Positions 27,560-39,123 are shown, counted from the stretch's first letter. The stretch is DNA of 64,000 bases from an uncultured delta proteobacterium (GCA_963711565.1 CAVQEQ010000003.1:800001-864000); one strand, 5' to 3'. Made by a program: numbers and translations. The notes: a model not told the origin generated them from the sequence alone.

Positions 27560-29469
27560 CAGTGGATTCCGGCGTGCTCGTAGAGGATGCGGCGGACTTC
27601 CTCGATCGTCTGGGGAGTGGCCTGCGTCGAGTGCCCCGAACGCACGACCAGCTCGGATTCGACGCCGTCGATATGCGCGCTCTGGTACTCGACGACGCCG
27701 TCGTTGCCTTCCTCGATCGGACCGCTGCCCTTCACCGGAATGATCGAATGCGCGTGCACGCCGGGCGCGATTGGCAACGAGGAGAGTGCCTTGATGAATC
27801 GGTTGGAGGCATCCATGTTGTCCAGCGCGGTCGGCATCGTAAACGGAGTTCCGATCATGCTGGCCTCGCGCAGGTTACCTAGCGCAACCGCTGACTTGGC
27901 GAGGCTGCCGGGCAGGTTGATGAATTTGTTTCCGAACTTGACGACAGGATTGCCGGCCATGTAGCTGCCGCGATGCGGTGTTGCGATGAAGATCACCTCC
28001 GTCACATATGGCTGCGGCTTGAAGAACATCGCGCGCAAGGCCAGGTCGCGCGTCTCGGGATCGAGATGCGCCTGGTCGAACGGGACCGACGTGACGTTGT
28101 TCCAGAAGCGATTGCCGCTATCGACGACCATCATCTTCGTCAACAGCCCGCCCTGGCTGTGGCCGATCACTACCATCTTGTTGAGCGCGACGTCCTTGCC
28201 CTCGGGATCGACGGCCCTGCGCACAGCCTGCAGAGATTCCCGCAAACGCATTGCGGACAGCACGATCGGATTACCGCTGTTATACATGAAGAACCAAAGC
28301 TGATAGCGCGACGCGATCTTCGGATCGCCCAGCAATTCATTCGTCATCTCCGCCCATCGCGCGGGGCTCGACGCCGTGCCGTGTACGAACACCAGCGGGA
28401 TCATGTTCGGGTGGTATGGATGCAACATGAAGAGCCCGTTGACGTCGTCGCCCTTGCCAACACCCAGAAGAGAGAAGTCTCCCTGGCGAAAGCCGGCGAT
28501 CTCGAAATCCCAAAGCGGCGCGCCTTCCAGCCGATAGGCAAGCGCGGCGCTGGAGTCCGATTCGAGCGGCACCGATTGCGTGCCTACCCGTACGGAATCC
28601 GCCCTGTCCTCGTCGTAGAGCTCGACGGTGCCGTGCAGACGCCCGGTGCTCATCGCGAGGCGCGGATCGTCGAAGCGCACGAACGCGGTCATCGGCACCT
28701 TCGCATTCGCCGGAATCCATCGGCTCGACGGGCTGCCCGGAGTCGGCTCGACTCGAGCCGAGAGCGCCGCACCAATACCAGGCCTGCGGTAGGTGTTGCG
28801 CAGCCCGCGAACCTTCAGGTCTGCGAGCGATACGAAGTTGGTCAGGTGATTTCCGGCGTAGTTGAATCCCTCCGGCTCGACGCCCAAGTTTAGCGACCCG
28901 AATGGCAACCTCAGTTGACGCGCGCTCAGGTCAACTTCCATTCCGTCTTTGGTCGCAAGTCCCAAAGCGATCCCCCGATTGTAAAGGTCAACGGCGAGCC
29001 GCAAGCGCGGGTCGTACGGACCGGGCGCGTCCGCCGGATTGGCAGGAAACAAAAAGGCGTACGCATAGGCGGCGGAGGCCAGGTAGTAGGATTGTTTCCC
29101 GGAGTTTTCCGCGTACGCAAATGACAGCTCGGACAGCGCGAACAAGCGATCGCGTTCGTCAGGTTTGCCGAGTCCCGAATTCAACTCGGCAAGTACCGCT
29201 TGCGGATCGCTTTTGAAGCGATCGATAAGCGCGGTCCGCTCCAGGATCTGCATCGAGTAGGCGCTCGGTTTGTCGGTCGAAAGAACGTTCGCATTCAACT
29301 CGCGATGCGCTGTCTGTTCGTTGAGGCGCGTGACTCCGACCGGTGTGGCGCAACCGCTGCTGAATAGAACTGCGAACGCAAGTACTGCAGTCCAGATGCC
29401 AGTCAACGGGCGTGCCCGTTCCGGCGCGCTGGAGATCACCGTAGCGTTTGAAACCAACTGAGTTCTCAT
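27559..29469 (-). CDS. Alpha/beta hydrolase lipoprotein
   Basis: FSSGC lipobox, FVHGTASS, GHSQGG, TPHRGS, DGVV, SGHS. Confidence 0.88.
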   Translation of the reverse strand: MRTQLVSNATVISSAPERARPLTGIWTAVLAFAVLFSSGCATPVGVTRLNEQTAHRELNANVLSTDKPSAYSMQILERTALIDRFKSDPQAVLAELNSGLGKPDERDRLFALSELSFAYAENSGKQSYYLASAAYAYAFLFPANPADAPGPYDPRLRLAVDLYNRGIALGLATKDGMEVDLSARQLRLPFGSLNLGVEPEGFNYAGNHLTNFVSLADLKVRGLRNTYRRPGIGAALSARVEPTPGSPSSRWIPANAKVPMTAFVRFDDPRLAMSTGRLHGTVELYDEDRADSVRVGTQSVPLESDSSAALAYRLEGAPLWDFEIAGFRQGDFSLLGVGKGDDVNGLFMLHPYHPNMIPLVFVHGTASSPARWAEMTNELLGDPKIASRYQLWFFMYNSGNPIVLSAMRLRESLQAVRRAVDPEGKDVALNKMVVIGHSQGGLLTKMMVVDSGNRFWNNVTSVPFDQAHLDPETRDLALRAMFFKPQPYVTEVIFIATPHRGSYMAGNPVVKFGNKFINLPGSLAKSAVALGNLREASMIGTPFTMPTALDNMDASNRFIKALSSLPIAPGVHAHSIIPVKGSGPIEEGNDGVVEYQSAHIDGVESELVVRSGHSTQATPQTIEEVRRILYEHAGIH

Positions 29470-29588
29470 TGAGCGTCTTACAGCGAATTCCGGACCGCTC
29501 AACTATGCACGATTTTGAGTTCCCCAGATAACGCGGTGCCCGAGCAACTTTCTAGGCTCGCAGCCTGCGGGTTGCCCATACTTGGGGG

Positions 29589-30953
29589 ATGAACGGCGAA
29601 CGAATTGCAGTCACGATGCGTCAGCCTGCGATCATTGCCGCAGTCTGGATCGTCGCGGTCCTTCTGTTGATCGGCACTCTGTCGAAGATGCCCGCGCAGT
29701 GGCACCGCCGCGACTTCTCGAACTATTACGAATCGGCGTGGGCGCTCCGCCATGGCATCGATCCATATTCTACAAATCTGACGCCGATCGGCGCGCACTT
29801 GGGCCTCGAGACCAACTGGCTCGTTCACGCTTCTGAGACGCCGCCGTTTCTACTTTGCTTCGAACCTCTCACCCGCTTGCGCCCGCGGATCGCATTCTGG
29901 CTGTGGATCGCAATCAACTTTTCGGCATCGGCGATCGCGATGTACCTGTTGCTCGCGCGTCAACGCGGCCTTCCCGGTCGCACCGCGTGGCTGCTGGCGG
30001 GATTGATGTTGATGTGGGCGCCGGTGACCTTAAACTTTTACTGGGGACAATCCCAACTCATAGTCCTGGCCCTGATGGTAGGCGCGATGCACGCGATGGA
30101 AAGAGATCGCGAGGGCACCGCGGGATTGCTGATCGCAATTGGCGCCCTTCTGCGCGCCTATCCCCTTCTGCTCGTCGGCTACTTTGTCCTGCGTCGAAAA
30201 TGGCACGCGGTCATTTTCTTGGCGGCTGGAATCGCAGCGGGAGGATTCGCGACAGTCGCGATTCTTGGTTTTCCGCAAACTCTCAGCTTCGTTCACGCTG
30301 CCATGTGGCTCACTGACTACTCAGTAGTGAAGCGGGTGGATAATCTTTCGCTAGGACCATTCGTGTCGCGGATGTTCTGGTTTCTAACGGGCACCTCGCC
30401 CGGCTCATCGGCCGATTGGATCAGACGCGCTGCTATACTCACTGCCGACGTAGTAGTACTTGGAGTGACTATTCGCGCGACGCTGGCCGACGAGAACCGC
30501 GGCGATCCTGACTGGAGGGTCTACTCACTGTGGATCGCCACCGCGCTCATGCTCACGCCCGTGGGATGGCATCACTACCTGGTCTTACTGGCTATTCCGT
30601 TCGTGCAGATGGTCGCATCGGCATCGGAGGGTCGATCAAGCTCGCGCGCGATCTGGATGGCGGCGTTGGCCTACCTTCTCAGCACGATTTCACTGCGCGT
30701 CTTCAACCGCTTGCTGGTGCCTCCCCCAACCGCGTTCCAGCTCGCCCTTCCAATGCTCGCACGCGCAATCGAGGAAACGAGCTTCATCGCCTTACTGATG
30801 GGATACATCGCCGCGTATTGGTTCGCGATAAACCACCTACAGCCCGAGCATCCGCCGCAACTTCACCGCGCTAAAGCCAAGCATCGTCTCGTTGCCGACG
30901 CGAATTACCGGAACCGCGCGAAAGCCCATGCCGGCCAGCTCGTCGATGAGTGA
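29589..30953 (+). CDS. GT87 (DUF2029) family membrane glycosyltransferase
   Basis: DFSNYY..A, DPY, WGQ, NLSL, PVGWHHY; multiple TM helices. Confidence 0.85.
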   Translation: MNGERIAVTMRQPAIIAAVWIVAVLLLIGTLSKMPAQWHRRDFSNYYESAWALRHGIDPYSTNLTPIGAHLGLETNWLVHASETPPFLLCFEPLTRLRPRIAFWLWIAINFSASAIAMYLLLARQRGLPGRTAWLLAGLMLMWAPVTLNFYWGQSQLIVLALMVGAMHAMERDREGTAGLLIAIGALLRAYPLLLVGYFVLRRKWHAVIFLAAGIAAGGFATVAILGFPQTLSFVHAAMWLTDYSVVKRVDNLSLGPFVSRMFWFLTGTSPGSSADWIRRAAILTADVVVLGVTIRATLADENRGDPDWRVYSLWIATALMLTPVGWHHYLVLLAIPFVQMVASASEGRSSSRAIWMAALAYLLSTISLRVFNRLLVPPPTAFQLALPMLARAIEETSFIALLMGYIAAYWFAINHLQPEHPPQLHRAKAKHRLVADANYRNRAKAHAGQLVDE

Positions 30954-31064
30954 AGGATCCTGCGCGATGCTTTTCTCGACGAAGCTGACGTTGTGCTGCG
31001 TGAGAAATTCTTTCGCCTGATGGCACGCCGAGCATCCTGTGTTCGTATAAATTACGACTTCCAT
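30837..31064 (-). CDS. Glutaredoxin/NrdH-like redoxin
   Basis: IYTNTGCSAC, AVPVI, GF; AAGGAG upstream. Confidence 0.88.
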   Translation of the reverse strand: MEVVIYTNTGCSACHQAKEFLTQHNVSFVEKSIAQDPSLIDELAGMGFRAVPVIRVGNETMLGFSAVKLRRMLGL

Positions 31065-31453
31065 GTTGTCTCCTTTTTTCGGCCGCGCGACGCACCCGTA
31101 GGCGCACACTGTCCGCCGCAAGCCTCGACCATTTTTCGCAGTGTCACTCGCAGACTCTGCAGCCGGGCGATTTCCTCATTCATCGCGGCTAGTTTCGCTT
31201 CCGCTTTGCGCGTGACCGGCCCGCATTCGGCCGTCGATTTGACCCCCAGCGACAGCAGCTCCCTGATTTCCTTCAGCGTAAATCCCAGCCGCTTCGCGTC
31301 GCCGATAAACCGCAAGCGGTCGAGTACGTCTTCGGAATAATTCCTGTAACCCGAGAAGCTTCGCCGCGGCGCCACGAGCAGCCGCTGCCGCTCGTAAAAG
31401 CGGATCGTGTCAATACTCACTCCCGCAGCATTAGCTACTCGGCCAATCGTCAT
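31052..31453 (-). CDS. MerR-family heavy-metal-responsive regulator
   Basis: MTIGRVA..AGVSIDTIRFYER, GYRNY, LGFTLKEI; three Cys (AEC, ACGGQC). Confidence 0.92.
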   Translation of the reverse strand: MTIGRVANAAGVSIDTIRFYERQRLLVAPRRSFSGYRNYSEDVLDRLRFIGDAKRLGFTLKEIRELLSLGVKSTAECGPVTRKAEAKLAAMNEEIARLQSLRVTLRKMVEACGGQCAPTGASRGRKKETTWKS

Positions 31454-31463
31454 CTCAACCCTC

Positions 31464-31495
31464 ACGCTAGACCCTTGACCATAGTCCAGAGTCAA
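31464..31495 (-). promoter_or_regulatory. MerR-type promoter/operator with a 20-bp spacer
   Basis: Minus strand TTGACT-ctggactatggtcaagggtc-TAGCGT with dyad ACTCTGGA..TCAAGGGT, like the ZntR-controlled zntA promoter. Confidence 0.75.
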
Positions 31496-31504
31496 GCACC
31501 TCGA

Positions 31505-32929
31505 TTAATCCGCGGGCAGCGCGGTCACGTACTCGAAATCGAGCGCCTGATGATTGATCCCGCGTGCGGGCGGCGCGATCCAGCTCGCGAGCCGGCCGGG
31601 CGCCGTGACCGGCTTCATCAGCGACGCGACGAATTCGCGCTCGGCCTGCGTCGGTATCCATTCCGATTTGCGCCGCTCCCACTCCGCTTCGCTGACAATC
31701 AGCCCGTCCGGCGTCACCTTGACGCCCGCGAACTCTCCGATCGATCGCCGGAACCCCCGATGCGGTAGCTTGAGCTCGAAATTAATTTCCGCTCCACGAA
31801 TAATCTTGTTCCATCGTGCGAGCGCCCGCTCGCAATCGGCAATGTAGGAGTCGCGAAGAGTCTCATTCAACGCATTGAGCGCGGGCTGTTCGGTCTGAAT
31901 GACTATCCCATTGACCGGCTTCAATACCGCGTAGCTGGTTCCCTTCAGTTGATGGTCGTCGTCTCTGTCGGTCTCCTTGAAGCGGCCCTTCAGACCCGCG
32001 CTGTAGTAATTCGCCGCATTGGTCGATAGCTCGGAACCGAACAAGTCGAGCGATACTGAGTAATGAAAGTTTATATACTTCTGAATAATAACTAGATCGA
32101 TGCCGCCATACTCACTTACTACTTCAGTGTTATGCTCTTTCATTAGTTGGCAAGTGCGGCTGATGATGCGGCCGACTCCCGACTCGCCGACGAACAGGTG
32201 ATGCGCTTCCTCGGTCAGCATGAAACGGCAGGTGCGCGCCAGCGGATCGAATCCCGATTCGGCCAGGCTCGCGAGCTGATACTTACCGTCGCGGTCCGTG
32301 AAATGCGCGAACATGAAGTATGACAGCCAGTCCGGCGTCTTCTCGTTGAACGCGCCGAGGATGCGCGGATTGTCAACGTTACCCGACCTGCGCTGGAGTA
32401 GCGCCTCCGCTTCTTCGCGGCCGTCGCGTCCGAAGTAGGCATGCAGCAGATATACCATCGCCCAAAGATGACGCCCTTCCTCGACGTTGACCTGGAAAAG
32501 ATTGCGCAAGTCGTAGAGCGAAGGGCACGTCCTGCCGAGATGACGCTGTTGCTCGACCGACGCCGGCTCGGTGTCGCCCTGAGTTACGATCAGCCGGCGC
32601 AGGACTCCGCGATGCTCGCCCGGCACCTCGCGCCAGACCGGCTCGCCTTTGTGTTCGCCGAACGGAATCTTACGATCGGGCTCGGGGTCGGCCAGAAAAA
32701 TACTCCATCGATAGTCCGGCATCTTGACGTATCCGAAAGTCGCCCAACCCTGCGCGTCCGTCGAAGTCGCCGTGCGCAAATACACATCGCAGCCCTGAAA
32801 AGTTTCGGGCCCCATCTCGCTCCACCACTGCAAAAATCCCGGCTGCCACGCCTCGAGCGCTCGCTGCAGGCGGCGGTCGTCGGCGAGATTCACATTGTTG
32901 GGAATCCGCTCGGAATAGTTGATCGGCAT
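31505..32929 (-). CDS. boxB: Benzoyl-CoA 2,3-epoxidase subunit B
   Basis: IPNNVNL, VKMPDYRW, QGDTEPASVEQQR, VNVEEGRH, TDRDGK, TEEAHH di-iron motifs. Confidence 0.96.
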   Translation of the reverse strand: MPINYSERIPNNVNLADDRRLQRALEAWQPGFLQWWSEMGPETFQGCDVYLRTATSTDAQGWATFGYVKMPDYRWSIFLADPEPDRKIPFGEHKGEPVWREVPGEHRGVLRRLIVTQGDTEPASVEQQRHLGRTCPSLYDLRNLFQVNVEEGRHLWAMVYLLHAYFGRDGREEAEALLQRRSGNVDNPRILGAFNEKTPDWLSYFMFAHFTDRDGKYQLASLAESGFDPLARTCRFMLTEEAHHLFVGESGVGRIISRTCQLMKEHNTEVVSEYGGIDLVIIQKYINFHYSVSLDLFGSELSTNAANYYSAGLKGRFKETDRDDDHQLKGTSYAVLKPVNGIVIQTEQPALNALNETLRDSYIADCERALARWNKIIRGAEINFELKLPHRGFRRSIGEFAGVKVTPDGLIVSEAEWERRKSEWIPTQAEREFVASLMKPVTAPGRLASWIAPPARGINHQALDFEYVTALPAD

Positions 32930-34578
32930 CAGACTCTCCTCGGATCGAACTCCGGCCGCGCTCCGGTGCCATAGAGTTTCAGCGCCCCTTTTTCGCCGAC
33001 CGCGTTGGGGCGCTGAAAAATCCAGTTCTGCCACGCCGACAGCCGCGCAAATATTTTCGACTCGAGCGTCTCCGGCCCGGCGAAGCGCAACGACGCTTCC
33101 ATCCCGGTCAGCGCGTCCGACGAGAACGCCGCACGTTCCTCGAGAGCGAGCCGGACCTCGTCGTCCCAGTCGATGTCGTCGGGCGTGAACGTGACGAGGC
33201 CCAGTTCATCCGCGAGCGACGCGTCGATCTGCTCTCCGATCCGGCCGCGCAGCTGCTCGACGCGCTCCGGCTCGCCTTGGAATCTGCTTTCCAGCCGCGT
33301 CAAGCCGTTGCACATCGGCATCGCGCCGAAATTCATTTCCGTCAGGCTGACGCTCGCCAGCATAGATTCGTCGCCGTCCCGCAATCCGCGCAGCATGTAC
33401 GCGCGATCCGACGCCAGCGCCAGCTCCAACAGGGTTCCGCAAAAGCATGAGCCCGGCTCGATCAACGCAAAGATCGATCGCGAGCTGACATCGAGCCTCT
33501 TCAACGTACGCTTCAAGTACAGCCGGATTTCTCGTGTTAGCCAGTCATCGGCGTTTGCGGCAAGGAACGCATCGTGCGACTCCGCCAGCGCTGAATCGCC
33601 TCGCGTGCGGAAGATCCACGTTCTGATGGTTTCCTCGTTGAAGCGCAGATGCAGAAGCGCATCTTCGAGCTCACGCGCAATCGCCAACGGCCAGAAGTCC
33701 GCTCCGATCGCGTGAGCCTCCTCGACATCGCGCGGCGCCGGATTCTTCGGACCTTCGACAGTGAACGCCGCGGTGGAGTTGTCGGGATCGATGTCGATCG
33801 TCAAATGCGCATACTTTACGCGTCGATCTTCCACCTCGCGAGAGAGCCTGCCGAGCGATATTCCTCGCGGATGCGCGCCCGCAGGCGAACGCGCCGCAAA
33901 CTCGAGCGCCCTTCGCGACGCCGCCTCGATCAGTTGCGAGCGCGGAACTACCTCATCCACCAACTGCCATTCCTCGGCGCGCTTGCCCCTCACTCCTTCT
34001 TCTGTCGTGCAGAAAAAATCCGCGCGGTCGCGCCTGACGCGCCGCTTATCGACCAGCCTCGTCAGCCCGCCCGTGCCCGGCAGCACGCCGAGCAACGCGA
34101 CCTCCGGTAGCGAAACGCTGGTCGAGCCATCGTCCGCCATCATTATATAGTCGGTCGCCAGCGCGAGTTCGTAACCGCCGCCCGCGCACGCTCCGCCAAT
34201 CGCAGTCATGTAGTACTGATCCGAGTTGAGCGTCGCGTCTTCGATCGCGTTGCGAGTCTCGTTGGTGAATTTGCAGAAATTCACTTTGAACGGATGGCTC
34301 GATAGGCCGAGCATCCTGATGTTCGCGCCCGCGCAGAACACGCGCTCTTTGCCCGACGTGACGATCACGCATTTTATTTCGGGATGCTCGAAGCGGAGCC
34401 GATTCACGGCGTCGTTGAGCTCGATATCGACGCCCAGGTCGTAGGAATTAAGCTTCAGCTCGTAGCCTGGCGCGAGGCCGCCGCTTTCGTCCACGTCCAT
34501 CGCGAGCGTCGCGACCGGGCCGGCGAAGCTCAAGCGCCAATGCCGATACGCGGACCGCTCGGTTCGAAAGTCGATCAT
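32929..34578 (-). CDS. boxC: 2,3-epoxybenzoyl-CoA dihydrolase
   Basis: YELKLNSYDLGVDIEL, KVNFCKFTNETRN, RLSAWQNWIFQRPNA. Confidence 0.96.
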   Translation of the reverse strand: MIDFRTERSAYRHWRLSFAGPVATLAMDVDESGGLAPGYELKLNSYDLGVDIELNDAVNRLRFEHPEIKCVIVTSGKERVFCAGANIRMLGLSSHPFKVNFCKFTNETRNAIEDATLNSDQYYMTAIGGACAGGGYELALATDYIMMADDGSTSVSLPEVALLGVLPGTGGLTRLVDKRRVRRDRADFFCTTEEGVRGKRAEEWQLVDEVVPRSQLIEAASRRALEFAARSPAGAHPRGISLGRLSREVEDRRVKYAHLTIDIDPDNSTAAFTVEGPKNPAPRDVEEAHAIGADFWPLAIARELEDALLHLRFNEETIRTWIFRTRGDSALAESHDAFLAANADDWLTREIRLYLKRTLKRLDVSSRSIFALIEPGSCFCGTLLELALASDRAYMLRGLRDGDESMLASVSLTEMNFGAMPMCNGLTRLESRFQGEPERVEQLRGRIGEQIDASLADELGLVTFTPDDIDWDDEVRLALEERAAFSSDALTGMEASLRFAGPETLESKIFARLSAWQNWIFQRPNAVGEKGALKLYGTGARPEFDPRRV

Positions 34579-34661
34579 CTCAAGATTCTCCCGCTCGGAA
34601 GAAATGCGCTCTAAGGCAGTATAGACCGTCCGCGACCCTCCGATTCAACGATCGGACCGCG

Positions 34662-36800
<2,139 letters not shown>

Positions 36801-36894
36801 TTTGAAAGTGACACTAATGGCAAGCCGTGACGATAGTGGCAACCGTTGCGATTACCGCCGCCGATCGCGCTACTATCGGGACGGCTTTTTGAAG

Positions 36895-37518
36895 ATGCGA
36901 TTCGTCGATTTCTATTTCGATTTCTCCAGCACCAACAGCTACTTCGCTGCGTTCCTGCTGCCGGAAATTTGCGCCCGCAACGACGCGCGCGTGAACTGGA
37001 TGCCCGCGCATTTCGCCGCGCTGTTCCGCGGCACCAGCTTCAACGTCATGGCGATGACGCCGCGCAAGGCTCGCTACCTGTGGCGCGATCATGCGCGCTA
37101 CGCCGAACGGACCGGCTTGCCGTTCAGGAAGCCCAGCCGCTTTCCAATCAAAACGTCATCGGCGTTGCGCGCGGTTCTGGCCGCCGGCCGTACCTCCGCG
37201 CCCGCCGACAACCACGATTTGCGCGAGAATGCGCAGCGCGCGATCTCACAGGCATTCATGCGCGCATACTGGGAACGCGACGAAGACATCAGCGACCGCG
37301 GCGTGCTCGCATCGATCGCATCGAGCGCCGGCTTCGACGGCGCCACGCTCATGGACATCGCCGATGCGAAACCGGCGCGCGACGAGCTTGCAGCTCTGAC
37401 CGAAACCGCAGTGGTGCGGGGAGTCTTCGGCGCGCCTACGTTCTTCGTCGGCGACGAAATGTTCTGGGGCAAGGACCGCCTCGACTTCGTCGAACAATGG
37501 CTGAAGCGTCCAGAATAA
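36895..37518 (+). CDS. 2-hydroxychromene-2-carboxylate isomerase / DsbA-like (GST-kappa) protein
   Basis: FYFDFSS, GVFGAPTF, FWGKDRL. Confidence 0.9.
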   Translation: MRFVDFYFDFSSTNSYFAAFLLPEICARNDARVNWMPAHFAALFRGTSFNVMAMTPRKARYLWRDHARYAERTGLPFRKPSRFPIKTSSALRAVLAAGRTSAPADNHDLRENAQRAISQAFMRAYWERDEDISDRGVLASIASSAGFDGATLMDIADAKPARDELAALTETAVVRGVFGAPTFFVGDEMFWGKDRLDFVEQWLKRPE

Positions 37519-37976
37519 TCGCCTTCATCTCCGGCAAGCGCCTGTTTTTCCGGCTGTTCTTTGTAAAATTTTCAAGGAACACTCCATGGTGTTGACACAC
37601 CAAAACGGGCAGCAAAGCCATCCTACAGTTCGTAGCTAAAGGCTTGACACATTGTAGGCAACGCTAAACAATACAGCCCATGTCAGCGTCGGGGATGGCA
37701 ATTTTGCGCAACCAGACCCAACAGGCCACGACACGAAGTGGCCCGTCGCAATGAGCGCGATTTGGACTTCAGCCCGACGGAGAGAATTGCATGATTTCGA
37801 TGGCGCCGGATTGGACCCCGGCCACATCGAGGTACGCGTCGCTGTCGCCTCAGATGCGTACTGATCGCGACGCGACCAGCCGGGACTTTGGGAGTATTTC
37901 CGGCTGGTTGCCCGTCGTGTCGACGGTTCAGAAATGCTCCGGGAGCGTTGCAGAAACGCGCACGGCGAAGCCTTCT

Positions 37977-37992
37977 ATACTATTGATAGTAT
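37977..37992. promoter_or_regulatory. Perfect palindrome ATACTAT-TG-ATAGTAT, candidate regulator site
   Basis: 7-2-7 inverted repeat ~30 bp upstream of a sigma54-like promoter. Confidence 0.4.
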
Positions 37993-38022
37993 GCCACCTA
38001 ATTGCGCTATCTACAGGTAGTA

Positions 38023-38038
38023 TGGCATACGGTTTGCT
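38023..38038 (+). promoter_or_regulatory. Sigma54 (-24/-12) promoter
   Basis: TGGCATACGGTTTGCT: GG-N10-GC matches TGGCAC-N5-TTGC. Confidence 0.6.
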
Positions 38039-38141
38039 GATTTGGCCCAACGTAGATGAGTATTGAAAAGCATCGCGAATCACTCAATATAAGGCACCGG
38101 TCCTGGCAGCCAATCTGGCATTTCGCTTCAGTAATCGCCTT

Positions 38142-39080
38142 ATGAGTGCATCGCTCACCTCATCGCCGACGATGGCGAAGCGAATCGCGCCGCGCGAACC
38201 CGAGGCGCTGGTAACTCGCGAAGTCGATCAGCTCGTTTCCAAGCTGCTCGGCGAAATCAAAGTCCCATTCGGCTCGCTCGGGACCCGAGTCCTTAATCAG
38301 CTGTCCGACCTCAAACGGATTCTCTCCACCGACTATATGGAGGTACCCGCGCTCCCGTCCAAGCCTCTGCTGCGGGAGTTGGAGCAGATAGTCGAGAATG
38401 ACATCAAGCAGCACATGCCCGCGCTCCCGTCCAAGCCTTTGCTCAGGGAGTTGGAGCAAATAATCGATAACGACCTCAAGCCGCGCACGCCGGCATATGG
38501 AAACTTCGGGAGTCTCGGCAGCCCCCAATTGCTGTGTCATCTGGGCAAAATATTCGGACCGCGCGAACTCGAGCTGCGTGCCGAGCCTTATCGCACCGGC
38601 GCCGGTCTCTCGCTGCGGGGATTTTACTGCCGCGCCAACGTCGGCGAGAAAAGCAAATTCGTGATCTTCGTCAACACCGCCCATCATCCCGGCGCCGTGG
38701 CAGCGACACTCGGCCATGAACTCGGTCATTACATCTACGGCTCGTTGGTTGGTGAAAAGGCATCTCACACCGCTTTCATGGAAGGCGCATTCGCGAATCA
38801 TCTGGTCGAAGAAGATGAACTCTTCGCCGACAGTCTGGTCGCGCTATCGGCCTACAGCCCGGAATTGATCAAAAAGATCGGCGGCGTCACGCATCTCAAG
38901 CCGGGTTCTGCGGACATGCTTTTCAGCAGCATCAAGGACGCCTACGGCATGATCGGCAAGAGTTACGATCTCGATCTCGCCAAGGGCAAGATGGAAGCGG
39001 CGTGGCGCGTCCGCTACCTCACCTCGATGGCGCACTTCTTCAAGCTGCGCTGCGCGCTCTACAAGTCCGCCGGCATCTGA
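38142..39080 (+). CDS. HExxH putative metallopeptidase (ImmA/IrrE-like) with an internal 24-aa tandem repeat
   Basis: IFVN...TLGHELGH...EDELFAD pattern. Confidence 0.75.
   Translation: MSASLTSSPTMAKRIAPREPEALVTREVDQLVSKLLGEIKVPFGSLGTRVLNQLSDLKRILSTDYMEVPALPSKPLLRELEQIVENDIKQHMPALPSKPLLRELEQIIDNDLKPRTPAYGNFGSLGSPQLLCHLGKIFGPRELELRAEPYRTGAGLSLRGFYCRANVGEKSKFVIFVNTAHHPGAVAATLGHELGHYIYGSLVGEKASHTAFMEGAFANHLVEEDELFADSLVALSAYSPELIKKIGGVTHLKPGSADMLFSSIKDAYGMIGKSYDLDLAKGKMEAAWRVRYLTSMAHFFKLRCALYKSAGI
38346..38480 (+). repeat. In-frame 72-bp tandem duplication
   Basis: PALPSKPLLRELEQI(V/I)(E/D)ND(I/L)K twice, starting at 38346 and 38418. Confidence 0.9.
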
Positions 39081-39123
39081 ATTTCAACGAAGAGGGACAA
39101 AACGGCCTCCCGTCAACGGGCGC

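Noticed and set aside
37791-38066. 91-aa ORF upstream of the HExxH gene
   Set aside because: Atypical codon usage, no motif, and it overlaps the putative sigma54 promoter
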